From a virus (taxonomy: Duplodnaviria > Caudoviricetes): a DNA stretch of 54,707 bases. The stretch spans positions 1 to 54,707 of the IMG/VR virus record IMGVR_UViG_3300026820_000001. One strand, written 5' to 3'. Of this stretch, positions 28,211 to 36,917 are shown piece by piece. Positions within the stretch are counted from its first letter, which is position 1. Each line of letters starts with the position of its first letter. The notes under the pieces are model-generated. The model made no database searches and was not told the origin of the DNA. It was given only the letters and a program-made list of their open reading frames with translations. Both the position numbers and the translations under genes were made by a program.

Positions 28211-29632
28211 TTAACGTGTCTCCCTAAGTCTGTCTATTAAACTTGAGTCCTTACAGCGATGCATTACGACGGAGGATCTTGGAATTTGACTCAAAAGCGG
28301 GCTGCCTCTAGCGAAGGAAGGCGGCGGTCCTTCCAGTGGATCCAACCTCCCATCCTTAACTCCCCAAACGTGAAAGAAGATGTGGCCAATATCTTTGCAG
28401 AGATGGATCATTTCGTCCTTCATTTCTACGTCAAAGGCGTTCCCGCACGTACTCATGGTCCTGGGAACCAGCTGTGGCGTGTTGGCTGGGTAAATGGAAG
28501 TTCCATTAGCGTGGCCACGTTGATGTACAACTGGCCCACAAAACGGCTGCCCGCATCGGTCATACTCGACCTGAAGCGCCTGAAGCCAGTTAGGCTTTAG
28601 CGGCACGCAATCCGCCTCCAACCACAGCCAAGGCCTGCCCATGTCCTGCATGACGCGGGCGGCGTGTTGCCATGCGGCGGTTTGAGGAAATCGGGTCGCC
28701 TTGGGGACTCCGTACGAGGTCTGATGCACCTTGGCAAAGCAGGCACTGGCTTTGGACGCAATGCGCGAGACCGAGCCACGCAGGGCGGTTTGATCGTAGG
28801 AAAGCAACGCTTCGTGAGATTGAGAGTTGCCCAGCTCTAGGATCCAATCAAGCATCTTGAGCATCAGATCGGCGTCCATGTTGCAGACGGGCAGCACGAC
28901 CACGAAATCTGTAAGCGCGGCAAGACCCAGTTTATGGGCCACGAGTCGCTGAAGCGTACCGTCCTTGTTGCGGTGAAACAGCACTGCTCCTTTGCGCAGG
29001 TGATCCAGAGTAAGGACGTTAGATGCATCGTTCTGACCTCGGCTTGAGCGGAAGGTTGGAAGTAGGTCTTTGTCACCCCAGAGATGATGAAAGAGATGGC
29101 TGTCTTTGGCCACCGGCAAGATGGCTTCGGCTGCCGATACGTCCCAGGCCAGATGCGGCTGGTTGCCGATAAATGGGCTGATTAGCTCGAAGGCACTCGG
29201 AGGATAGGCCGCGACACCGCTCAAGAGCCGTCGCGGAAGGCCCGGCTGATTACATTCGTAGATGTGGCCGAGATAACCGCCCTGATATTCGGATTGGATG
29301 CGCTCGAACCAGTTGCGGGCGAGCGGCACGCAGTCCGGTTCCAGCCAAAGGAACGGTTCGTTCAGTCGCTGACAATGTTCGGCGGCTTTCCAGAATAAGG
29401 AATTGGCACCCCTGGGCCAGCCGCTGACGGGTTCCTCGGTTGTGACGATCTGAACGAACCTAAATACACGATTGGCGGCGGCTAGGACTTCGACTGCTTG
29501 GCCCCAATCCACCCCGGCATCTACGGCCAGAATTCCTTTGGTCGTGCTCTTATCGCCCAATTGCTCCATCCAATAGAGCAGATCGATAGCGTCTTGAGCG
29601 TCATTGGAGTGGAAGGGAAGGACGACCTGCAT
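28211..29632 (-). CDS. Tandem two-domain glycosyltransferase-like protein
   Basis: Two homologous halves: VVLP...WLEPDCVPL..NW...HRNKDGTL and VVLP...WLEADCVPL..NW...HRCKDSSL. Confidence 0.7.
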   Translation of the reverse strand: MQVVLPFHSNDAQDAIDLLYWMEQLGDKSTTKGILAVDAGVDWGQAVEVLAAANRVFRFVQIVTTEEPVSGWPRGANSLFWKAAEHCQRLNEPFLWLEPDCVPLARNWFERIQSEYQGGYLGHIYECNQPGLPRRLLSGVAAYPPSAFELISPFIGNQPHLAWDVSAAEAILPVAKDSHLFHHLWGDKDLLPTFRSSRGQNDASNVLTLDHLRKGAVLFHRNKDGTLQRLVAHKLGLAALTDFVVVLPVCNMDADLMLKMLDWILELGNSQSHEALLSYDQTALRGSVSRIASKASACFAKVHQTSYGVPKATRFPQTAAWQHAARVMQDMGRPWLWLEADCVPLKPNWLQALQVEYDRCGQPFCGPVVHQRGHANGTSIYPANTPQLVPRTMSTCGNAFDVEMKDEMIHLCKDIGHIFFHVWGVKDGRLDPLEGPPPSFARGSPLLSQIPRSSVVMHRCKDSSLIDRLRETR

Positions 29633-29633
29633 C

Positions 29634-29867
29634 TCACCCCATCCTCGAAGGCGGCAACTGCGGCCCACTATTCTGATTGGCCAAAGCCATCTCGGCGTTT
29701 TGTAGCAACGCAATGGCCAGAGAGCGAGTGTGCTCGGGCCGAAGGGCCATTTGCAGCACTGGCTTGCTGAACTGGACCATCACAGAGCCTTCCTTGAATC
29801 CCACATCGACCCGCAGGCCGGTCGCGTCATCTTCAGGAGTCGGATAATTGATCGGGATATTATTCAT
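29634..29867 (-). CDS. Hypothetical protein
   Basis: Compact ORF overlapping the upstream stop in the operon. Confidence 0.65.
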   Translation of the reverse strand: MNNIPINYPTPEDDATGLRVDVGFKEGSVMVQFSKPVLQMALRPEHTRSLAIALLQNAEMALANQNSGPQLPPSRMG

Positions 29868-30084
29868 TGGCTGTGTGTCCTTCTTTAAGGCTGCGTTCCC
29901 ATTCTTCCTCAAGCCTGCCCAACTGGCTGGGCTTTCCTAGCACCCAACTGAGCGTGTCATCGGCACTGGATAGACCGAGAGCCGCAATTTCAATGGCTGC
30001 TGGGGGTGCACCGCTTTGGTGAACAGTGGCCATGGCCACGCGCAGGTTCTCCTGCATCTGCACAAGTTGTTCCTGGGTTTTCAT
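29860..30084 (-). CDS. Hypothetical protein
   Basis: 74 aa, ATGA coupling. Confidence 0.65.
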   Translation of the reverse strand: MKTQEQLVQMQENLRVAMATVHQSGAPPAAIEIAALGLSSADDTLSWVLGKPSQLGRLEEEWERSLKEGHTANE

Positions 30085-30659
30085 TCGATATTGGCGTAAG
30101 TCTTCCGCACCCGGATAAAATAGATGGTTGATTTTGCCACACCAAATCTCTTTGCAATCTCTCTGTCCGTTCCCGCCATCGATCTAATTTCCCTTACCGT
30201 GTCTGGCGAAAACTTACTGGCTGGATTTAGGTTTCCAGGTCTTGAGTTTCCCCATTGAATAGTTGCAGCATCTTTCATCTTGGCTCTCTTGCGGACGGTT
30301 CCCTTCCCAAATCCCAGGAGACGTTCCACATCAGCAGCCGGTAAACGCTGACCATTGTAGATCACAAAAGCCGTATTCCGCCGATTATTCGCACTCTCGA
30401 TCCACGTTACCCAGCGACAATTACCGGGCTCATAGTTCATGGCCCCATCTATTCTGTCCAAGACGGTGCCAATTGGCCGCTCGCCCATGTCGATCAAGAA
30501 ATTTTCAAATTGATTCCACCGCTCACAGCCAGCGATGCCAGCACCGCCGTAACGGTCGTAATCGTTACATTTCGGATTTTTGCATCGGGTGTGCATTGCC
30601 TTCCAACTCATGTAAGTTGGTGACCAGTTCTTGCCGGCAGCATGGCCATGAGTTTTCAT
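30081..30659 (-). CDS. HNH-type homing endonuclease with C-terminal HTH
   Basis: WKAMHTRC.NP...YGGAGI..CERW..FENF..DMGERP...LDRID...YEPGNCRW; C-terminal REIAKRFGVAKSTI. Confidence 0.85.
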   Translation of the reverse strand: MKTHGHAAGKNWSPTYMSWKAMHTRCKNPKCNDYDRYGGAGIAGCERWNQFENFLIDMGERPIGTVLDRIDGAMNYEPGNCRWVTWIESANNRRNTAFVIYNGQRLPAADVERLLGFGKGTVRKRAKMKDAATIQWGNSRPGNLNPASKFSPDTVREIRSMAGTDREIAKRFGVAKSTIYFIRVRKTYANIE

Positions 30660-31345
30660 AGTTTCTCTAAAAGCACCCAGCATCTAGGGTCCAATTTGGC
30701 CTTCACTTCATCAGAGGTGTGCACGAGAATGTGTTTCAGCGGAACGTGACATTTTAAATCGAGCTTACACAGACATGCCAAACAGGTTCCAAGCTCGGCA
30801 TCGTGACTGGTTTTAAGCGCCAGATCGTTCTTGATTTCGATCTGTTTCTTGATCGTATCGGCTGCCTTTCCCGTGAAATACTCCAGCAACCCTCCCTTCC
30901 CGTTCTGAGGGCACGTCACACATACATTGGCACGATGCTCAGCCGTCGCCTGATCCACCGGCTTCGCCGAGTTTCCGAGCCATTCGAGTAGTACTCCCAC
31001 ACCCGCAGCCACGCGCCTAGCGCCCACCACAGCATTTCCGAACCTGTTTTTTTTTGATCCATCAGCCACGTAGCGGGTGACGGGCGCGTCAGTGACCACA
31101 AAATCGTTCCAGCCATGGGCCAGACAGCGGGCCACGTTCTGTTGCTCTACGTCATACTCCACACTGTTCATGTCCAGGCCCAGATTATGTTTCTCGCAGA
31201 GATATTTGTTGGCCTTGCGCCGGGCGAATTCCTTCTGGCAGATGGTCGAGAATGAGCCTTCGTCATCCTTCTTCATGCCGAAGACAGGATTGATATAGCG
31301 AAAACCATACGGGGGAAAAGATGTGAGCGATTTGAGGCGCGTCAT
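30656..31345 (-). CDS. Cys-rich two-domain hypothetical protein
   Basis: RANVCVTCPQN...CLACLC...CW metal-binding-like C-domain; A9 run between the domains. Confidence 0.75.
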   Translation of the reverse strand: MTRLKSLTSFPPYGFRYINPVFGMKKDDEGSFSTICQKEFARRKANKYLCEKHNLGLDMNSVEYDVEQQNVARCLAHGWNDFVVTDAPVTRYVADGSKKNRFGNAVVGARRVAAGVGVLLEWLGNSAKPVDQATAEHRANVCVTCPQNGKGGLLEYFTGKAADTIKKQIEIKNDLALKTSHDAELGTCLACLCKLDLKCHVPLKHILVHTSDEVKAKLDPRCWVLLEKL

Positions 31346-31352
31346 TGCGGAG

Positions 31353-31826
31353 TTAAGTTGTGCCCATCTCAATGTATTGGCGCAAGTCCGAATCCGAGAG
31401 TGTCTGTACGAAGACATCGAAGGCTACGCGATTCCAGGAGCCCGCGCACTTGGCCCAATAGGCCTCGATTAGCTCAGCTCGGCGCACATCCAGAATCGAG
31501 CGGTTCAATTTCAATGATGGTGCATTCGTCGGCTTTGCTTTCAACCTTTCGCTGGCTGACCTCAAGAACGACATCGTGCGCCGTGTCATTTCGTATGAAG
31601 CCGCCATATCGGAGGCAGTCAACATGGTATTTCGGGCAAAGGTTATCTGGATCGATGAGGCAATGCCGCAGGCTGATAACGCGGATGCGAACGCGATCTG
31701 GATTTTCTTTTTCTCCTTCACCCTTTGCCAATGGCTCATCCCGAACAGCGCGTTCAGGCTCGGGACCGGGTGCCTGATTATCAGCACGATCTTTTGCGTT
31801 TCGCTTGATGAAGGATTCGCTGGCAT
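31353..31826 (-). CDS. Overlapping-frame ORF carrying a resolvase N-terminal motif
   Basis: 157 codons open; IVLII..PVPSLN.....HW.RVKEKKK resembles the N-terminus of RusA-like phage resolvases. Confidence 0.55.
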   Translation of the reverse strand: MPANPSSSETQKIVLIIRHPVPSLNALFGMSHWQRVKEKKKIQIAFASALSACGIASSIQITFARNTMLTASDMAASYEMTRRTMSFLRSASERLKAKPTNAPSLKLNRSILDVRRAELIEAYWAKCAGSWNRVAFDVFVQTLSDSDLRQYIEMGTT

Positions 31827-31860
31827 TGGGCATTCTTCTGAGAATTTCGTTCTTCGTCAC
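31474..31860 (-). CDS. RusA-like Holliday junction resolvase (catalytic part)
   Basis: RVRIRV...DPDNL.PK..VDCL...G.IRND...V...Q...CTIIEIE; GTG start at 31860. Confidence 0.7.
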   Translation of the reverse strand: MTKNEILRRMPNASESFIKRNAKDRADNQAPGPEPERAVRDEPLAKGEGEKENPDRVRIRVISLRHCLIDPDNLCPKYHVDCLRYGGFIRNDTAHDVVLEVSQRKVESKADECTIIEIEPLDSGCAPS

Positions 31861-32090
31861 GCATTGTGAATCCAATCAGGAAAAAACCCAACGGTCCAGT
31901 CCGCCCTTGTAGGTAAAACTACGGACTAGCGCAAAGGCCACTCCATCATGTAGAAGTAGGCCAACATGAGAACGATTAGTCGGAATGGGGCCTACGGCGA
32001 CATGCGGCTCTTGACCTTTGCCGGGTGCGTGTTTGGCATCGCCAGTTTCCTAGCGGTCGTCATCATGTGGTTTGTGCGGATGCTAGTTTT

Positions 32091-32276
32091 ATGAGCAACG
32101 AAGAACGATTCTGCATCGCTTATTGGGATTGGAAGCGGGGTTTGCGCCACGACGAGCCTAAGCCGACTGATTTCGGCTTGGACTTCTGGGCGGGCGAAGC
32201 CCTTGCGCGGCAGTGCCATGCGGAATTTGAGAAGCGCAAAATTAACCAGATTTTAAGCAGCCTGCCAGCGGCATGA
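32091..32276 (+). CDS. Hypothetical protein
   Basis: MSNEERFC...; first gene of the plus-strand block. Confidence 0.5.
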   Translation: MSNEERFCIAYWDWKRGLRHDEPKPTDFGLDFWAGEALARQCHAEFEKRKINQILSSLPAA

Positions 32277-32436
32277 GGCCCAAGGAACTCGAACTGTTGA
32301 TCACGCAACACGCAGCCGAATTGGTGCAGGAATTGTTAAACACGATCTGTAGCGATGACGGCCTTTCCTGGTTCTTTATTATCGACCGGAAGATGCGCCG
32401 ACTGGTAAAGGAAGCGCAACGAAAACGAATCCAAAA

Positions 32437-32832
32437 ATGAGAACCATCCTTTTATCCCTAGTCTGCCTTACCGCCCTGGCCCAATCGCCTCCGGCCACAC
32501 CACAAAACCTGCGTTTGGTGCCAAATTCCGCTGCCGCTGTTGGCGACATTATCCCCGTCCCCGTGCTGGCCACGAATGGCCAGTTTCTGGCGGTGTGGTA
32601 TTCCCCATCATACATACTGCGGACAAATTCATATATTATCGCACAGCCCATCGCCAACATTTGGATCCCGGAATCCAGCACAGATGGCGTGGTTTGGAAA
32701 CCTGCTAACGATTTGGTCTATTTGCCTCCTCGCGAAATCCGCACGCCCCCACAGCCCTGCTTGAATTGCCTGCATTTCACCGAAGTATTTTCTGTTGCGG
32801 ATCAGGTTCGTATCCGGCTCGTGTCCTATTAG
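32437..32832 (+). CDS. Secreted protein
   Basis: Signal MRTILLSLVCLTALA; PATPQNLRL; ESSTDGVVW. Confidence 0.7.
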   Translation: MRTILLSLVCLTALAQSPPATPQNLRLVPNSAAAVGDIIPVPVLATNGQFLAVWYSPSYILRTNSYIIAQPIANIWIPESSTDGVVWKPANDLVYLPPREIRTPPQPCLNCLHFTEVFSVADQVRIRLVSY

Positions 32833-32844
32833 GGATTAAATTTT

Positions 32845-33330
32845 ATGCCAAATCTTCTGGTCACTTTAACTGTTGTTAAGCTTTTGACCAACTCCGTGAC
32901 CACTACGGTCTGTTCTGATGGCAAAGGCGGGGTACTCAGAGAAGAGAGATATGTAGTGAGCACCGCAACGCAAACGGTGCAGATGCCACCATTGCCGCTT
33001 CCGCTTAGGACAAAACCCATGCGCCAAGCCAGCATGGTACCATCTTCGCCGTTAAAGGCATTCACGGCATCGTCATCGTTAACCGATCCAGGAATGCTTC
33101 TGTCGGCTGCATCGGTGATCGAGCCGGACTGTGAATGTCCGTTCTTCAGGGTCTCATTTACGGCTCACACCAATCGCATTTATTCATTCCAACGTTCCCG
33201 GGATTTAATGACTTGGGAATTGCGCCCACCGGAGGTTGATGGGGAAGAGGGCGTCATGGGATTCTTCGATGTCTTCGAGGGTGGAGCGATGTACCGAATC
33301 GCATCCCGCGAAGGCGTTTTGCCGCCATAA
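32845..33330 (+). CDS. Protein with Verrucomicrobia-type C-terminal beta domain
   Basis: YSFQRSRDLMTW...FFD...MYRI. Confidence 0.7.
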   Translation: MPNLLVTLTVVKLLTNSVTTTVCSDGKGGVLREERYVVSTATQTVQMPPLPLPLRTKPMRQASMVPSSPLKAFTASSSLTDPGMLLSAASVIEPDCECPFFRVSFTAHTNRIYSFQRSRDLMTWELRPPEVDGEEGVMGFFDVFEGGAMYRIASREGVLPP

Positions 33331-33349
33331 TCCACATAAACCAAAACCC

Positions 33350-33634
33350 ATGAGCGAACCCACCACAGAAACCACTCCTGACGCCCCGTCATCACTGCAT
33401 CCGATCGTCAAATACGGCCTGTCGGCCCTGGCTGCGCTGGTGGTGGGCATTCCTACCACGCTATTCCTTGCCAAGCCTGCTCCAGCCCCAACGGCAACGG
33501 CACCTAAAGCGCCCACCCTTCCTCGGCAGATCCAGATCGTCAGTCTCTTTGACTGCCAGTACATCACCATTAACGAGCCATTCTTTCTGTTGCATCTGCC
33601 CACCTGCACCAACACCCATCATTACAAGCAGTGA
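33350..33634 (+). CDS. Single-TM membrane protein
   Basis: YGLSALAALVVGIPTTLFL; C-terminal CQY...H..TC. Confidence 0.65.
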   Translation: MSEPTTETTPDAPSSLHPIVKYGLSALAALVVGIPTTLFLAKPAPAPTATAPKAPTLPRQIQIVSLFDCQYITINEPFFLLHLPTCTNTHHYKQ

Positions 33635-33822
33635 ACGAGGGTTTGCTTGAGATCCGTAAAAAACTTCTCGACCTGGAGCATCGCGCCGAACAGTTGTCGG
33701 AACGCAACCAGATACTAAGCGCTATGATCGAAGAAGCCTTCAAAATGTCCCTGCTCTACCTTAACGTACCTGAATCTCGGGCCTTGCAGGAACGCTGGAA
33801 CAAGCTCAAGAATGCGCCATGA
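33631..33822 (+). CDS. Small coiled-coil protein
   Basis: GTGA/ATGA coupling on both sides. Confidence 0.65.
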   Translation: MNEGLLEIRKKLLDLEHRAEQLSERNQILSAMIEEAFKMSLLYLNVPESRALQERWNKLKNAP

Positions 33823-34325
33823 AGAAATTCCTTGCCCTATTCCCGTTGCTGCTCTGTCTGCCCGCCTTGGGCCAGATGGTCACTCTGACCTTCGTCTGGG
33901 ATCCATCGGCTAATGCCACGGGCTACAAATTCTACGAGCTTAATGGGCCTAACCGCACACTCCTTGGCACCAGCGGCACTAACGGCATCGTCATTACGAC
34001 CTGGGCCCCCAGCGTGTCTCATACAGTAACGGTGACGGCGACCAATGTCTTGGGCGAATCTACCAACGCTATTCCATTGACTATACCGCCCGCGCCGGCC
34101 CCGGTTCAGAATCTCAAGGTCATTCCACTCACCATCAACAGTGCCGTGCCGGGAGTCATTGAAATCAGCCGCGACCTCATCGACTGGAATCAGCGCATCC
34201 GATTGGCCTCAGCCGGTCCGGGGCTAGTGGCGGTCACCTGGGTTCAATACCCCACTGAACCTCTTCTGTTCATGCGCAGCAAAGCCGTGACCACCTTCAT
34301 CACCGCCCCACCGCTTCCCAAGTAA
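33819..34325 (+). CDS. Secreted fibronectin type III domain protein
   Basis: Signal MKKFLALFPLLLCLPALG; VTLTFVWDPS..ATGYK.Y...VTATN..GES; then IEISRDLIDW. Confidence 0.8.
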   Translation: MKKFLALFPLLLCLPALGQMVTLTFVWDPSANATGYKFYELNGPNRTLLGTSGTNGIVITTWAPSVSHTVTVTATNVLGESTNAIPLTIPPAPAPVQNLKVIPLTINSAVPGVIEISRDLIDWNQRIRLASAGPGLVAVTWVQYPTEPLLFMRSKAVTTFITAPPLPK

Positions 34326-34343
34326 TTAACCAAAGGATCGATT

Positions 34344-34517
34344 GTGTCTTTGCAACTATTGTTCTGGGTGGTCTACATCATCAGCGTTCTCTTTGGCTTC
34401 TGGAGCAGTTGGCCCATCGGCCCAGCCAACGCCAAGCCATTAAGCCTAACCCTAATCATCTTCATCCTCATCGGCCTCTTGGGCTGGCAGGTGTTCGGGG
34501 CGGCTATCCACAAATGA
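34344..34517 (+). CDS. Small two-TM membrane protein (not in ORF track)
   Basis: GTG start, 57 aa: SLQLLFWVVYIISVLFGFW...LIIFILIGLLGWQVFGAAIHK. Confidence 0.75.
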   Translation: MSLQLLFWVVYIISVLFGFWSSWPIGPANAKPLSLTLIIFILIGLLGWQVFGAAIHK

Positions 34518-34729
34518 ATGCTCCGGGCCAATCCTGCGGCAATTGCCGGTTCTCCTCCGGCACCGCTGGAATCGTCCACTGCCTTCGCCATGCGCCAAGG
34601 GTATTGTTCGATAAGGACTGGGATCTGGTCAACGTCTGGCCCCGGATGGACGCAGAGGAATGGTGCGGGGATTGGGAGGGCAAAGGAATTCCAAAAAAAG
34701 TTCTTGCAGATCCTGTGACCCAGGACTAG
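34514..34729 (+). CDS. Small Cys4 metal-binding protein
   Basis: CGNCRF...CLRHAP...WP.....WCGDW; ATGA coupling. Confidence 0.75.
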   Translation: MNAPGQSCGNCRFSSGTAGIVHCLRHAPRVLFDKDWDLVNVWPRMDAEEWCGDWEGKGIPKKVLADPVTQD

Positions 34730-35452
34730 AAAAACGTCGTGGGAAATGCAGAGAATAATTTCGCTCAGTGTAGCTCGAAAGAGCGGCATGTCCCACAACT
34801 TCCCTCAATCTCCGCTGAGCGAATCCTTTTCCCAGCCCAACCACTGGCGCGTCAGTTAAAGCAGATCCGCAACGCGCAATCCAACGGCGGATCAAATGCC
34901 GCCATCATTATTCGCTACGGCGGATCAGGTGTAACAGCACAGCCTGTTGGCTGGGAATCCCTTTTCAGGCCAGGACACACTCAATCCTTCAGCGGCCATC
35001 CCCACGGCCCACCTCCTCTTGATCGTGCCTCTGGCCTGTCCCTCCTTTGCCGGAGAGCCTTCACTTACATCAACCGCTTATGCCGGTTATGGACACGACG
35101 AGTGCCTGCCATCACGGCCGCTACCGTGTCAAAACGGTCCCGAGATACATGTCGGGCTTTGGAGCTGGACGAGATTCCAAGCTTTGAGCCGGTCAAGACA
35201 CCGGTCTTCCGGCAATCCCTTTTAGGTTGGCCTGGGGCATGGTGCGGGGGGAGAACCCCCGACCCCTCCTTTGGTATAACAGTCTGTCCTGTACTTGGGC
35301 ATGAAACACCTCACAAGCCAACCTATCCCCTTTAATTTTACGGCAGTCCCGAGTTATAACATGGGCATTGACGCGTCCAGCGGAAGTCTAGCTCTGAGAC
35401 ATTCGGGTTGCGGACGTGGCCGCATGAGCCCTCGGGATTGCCTGCTTAATCC

Positions 35453-35863
35453 ATGAGCCCTGAAGATCAACGAATCGCTATTGCGGAGGCGTGTGGATTG
35501 AAGCCGCAAGACATCCCATTGGTTCCAGCTAAAGCTAATCTGCACGGCTGGTTTACGCCTGATGGTGCCTTACAGATGCGTAACACCTATCCTAATGGTA
35601 TATCGGTGAAGGTTATCCCTGACTACCTCAATGACCTCAACGCCATGCATGAGGCCGAAAAGGTGTTGGATGGCCCCACCGATGATGAGGAATCTCAACG
35701 TGCCAAATATGCCGAACACCTAACATTTATCTGCGCTGGGAATACGGAGCCAGTGGATGTTTGGTATTGGGACCACATCCATGCGACGGCAGCCCAACGG
35801 GCCGAAGCGTTCCTGCGCACTATTGGCAAGTGGCAGGAACAACCCCAGGAACAATCAGCCTAG
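35453..35863 (+). CDS. Hypothetical phage protein
   Basis: IAIAEACG...PDYLNDLNAMHEAE...ATAAQRAEAFLRTIGKW. Confidence 0.75.
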   Translation: MSPEDQRIAIAEACGLKPQDIPLVPAKANLHGWFTPDGALQMRNTYPNGISVKVIPDYLNDLNAMHEAEKVLDGPTDDEESQRAKYAEHLTFICAGNTEPVDVWYWDHIHATAAQRAEAFLRTIGKWQEQPQEQSA

Positions 35864-35866
35864 TCC

Positions 35867-36193
35867 ATGGACAAATTTAACTCCATCGCCGATGCCATCG
35901 ACTGCGGAGCCGCCATGACCAAACAATCCTGCGGCCAACTGATCGACCGGGACGGAGGCACCTGTGCCATCGGAGCTGCCATGGTGGCCCTGGGCATCCC
36001 TCCAGGCCGGGCCAATCTGCCCCTCCTGGTAAAGCGGTTCCCCCAGAGAATCCCGTCCATCTGCCCAATCTGCGATTGCGCCATGCCCAGGCGCACCCCA
36101 TACAAGGGACTGGAAATTCTCGTGCACCTAAACGATTTCCATGACAAGTCCAGACAATGGATCGCCCACTGGATCCGTTCACAGCTTTCCTAG
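35867..36193 (+). CDS. Hypothetical phage protein
   Basis: CAIGAA, CPIC, HLND...SRQWIA.W pattern. Confidence 0.7.
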   Translation: MDKFNSIADAIDCGAAMTKQSCGQLIDRDGGTCAIGAAMVALGIPPGRANLPLLVKRFPQRIPSICPICDCAMPRRTPYKGLEILVHLNDFHDKSRQWIAHWIRSQLS

Positions 36194-36535
36194 CGCATTT
36201 ATTAGGGCCACTGCTACTGCGTTTTCTTGCCCCGTAGACATCTAATGTCCTACCCCCTTTAAGAGAAGGTTTATTTTCCCTAGAGCCTCAGGTGCTTGCG
36301 CCAATACCCCATTGACACGCTCTGAGGAATATGGCCCCCTCTTGCATCTCCCCCCGCTGGTACCGGCTTTGGCTGTAATGCCATGCTGCCTATTCAGGCT
36401 TATGGCTTATGTCCGCATGACTCCCGTGTAGGAGAGGGGTGGGCCCCTTATACAAAGAGGACCCGCTCTAAAAGGCCATCTAGGGTATGGGGTGTGGGGA
36501 CGGTCCCCGGCGAAAAAGAAGACTCCCTAAGCCGA

Positions 36536-36874
36536 CTACGTTCCAGTGCTGCCGGTTGGCAGATCAGCTGGATTGATCGCCAGGAGTGCTTTGTGCGCTG
36601 ACTGCCGGCCTCTGCGCAGTTCGCGCAATGCGGCCAGTTCAGGGCGCAACGCTCCGGGCAATGGCTTACCGTCAAGGATGCGTTTGGCTTCCTGGACTCG
36701 GGACCAAGCGGCAGCGCAAGAGGCTCGGGATTGCGCAGGCGTGCTCGGGTCCAAGATCGTGTCTGTTAGGATGCGTTGGATTAGAACGGCTTGGCGTCGG
36801 TCGCGTGACGGGCCGCGTCTGGGCAATGGTTTGCGCGTTGCGGTTGGCGTTACTTGCGCGGCTACGGTTGACAC
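36536..36874 (-). CDS. Basic helical protein, terminase small subunit candidate
   Basis: GTG start after a promoter; AWSRVQEAKRILDGKPLPG; no other TerS candidate seen. Function is inference. Confidence 0.5.
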   Translation of the reverse strand: MSTVAAQVTPTATRKPLPRRGPSRDRRQAVLIQRILTDTILDPSTPAQSRASCAAAWSRVQEAKRILDGKPLPGALRPELAALRELRRGRQSAHKALLAINPADLPTGSTGT

Positions 36875-36880
36875 GCATGG

Positions 36881-36909
36881 AAGATAAATGCGCGATTGGG
36901 CGCATGCAA
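36881..36909 (-). promoter_or_regulatory. Sigma70-like promoter, leaderless arrangement
   Basis: TTGCAT-17 nt-TATCTT, 6 nt before GTG 36874. Confidence 0.55.
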
Positions 36910-36917
36910 GGCAAAGC

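Noticed and set aside
31876-32020. tRNA or ribozyme in the strand-switch gap
   Set aside because: Short stems exist (AGTCCG/CGGACT) but I could not find a cloverleaf, T-loop or ribozyme core.
34739-35335. 198-aa plus-strand ORF
   Set aside because: No motifs, atypical composition and no coupling to neighbours; not called.
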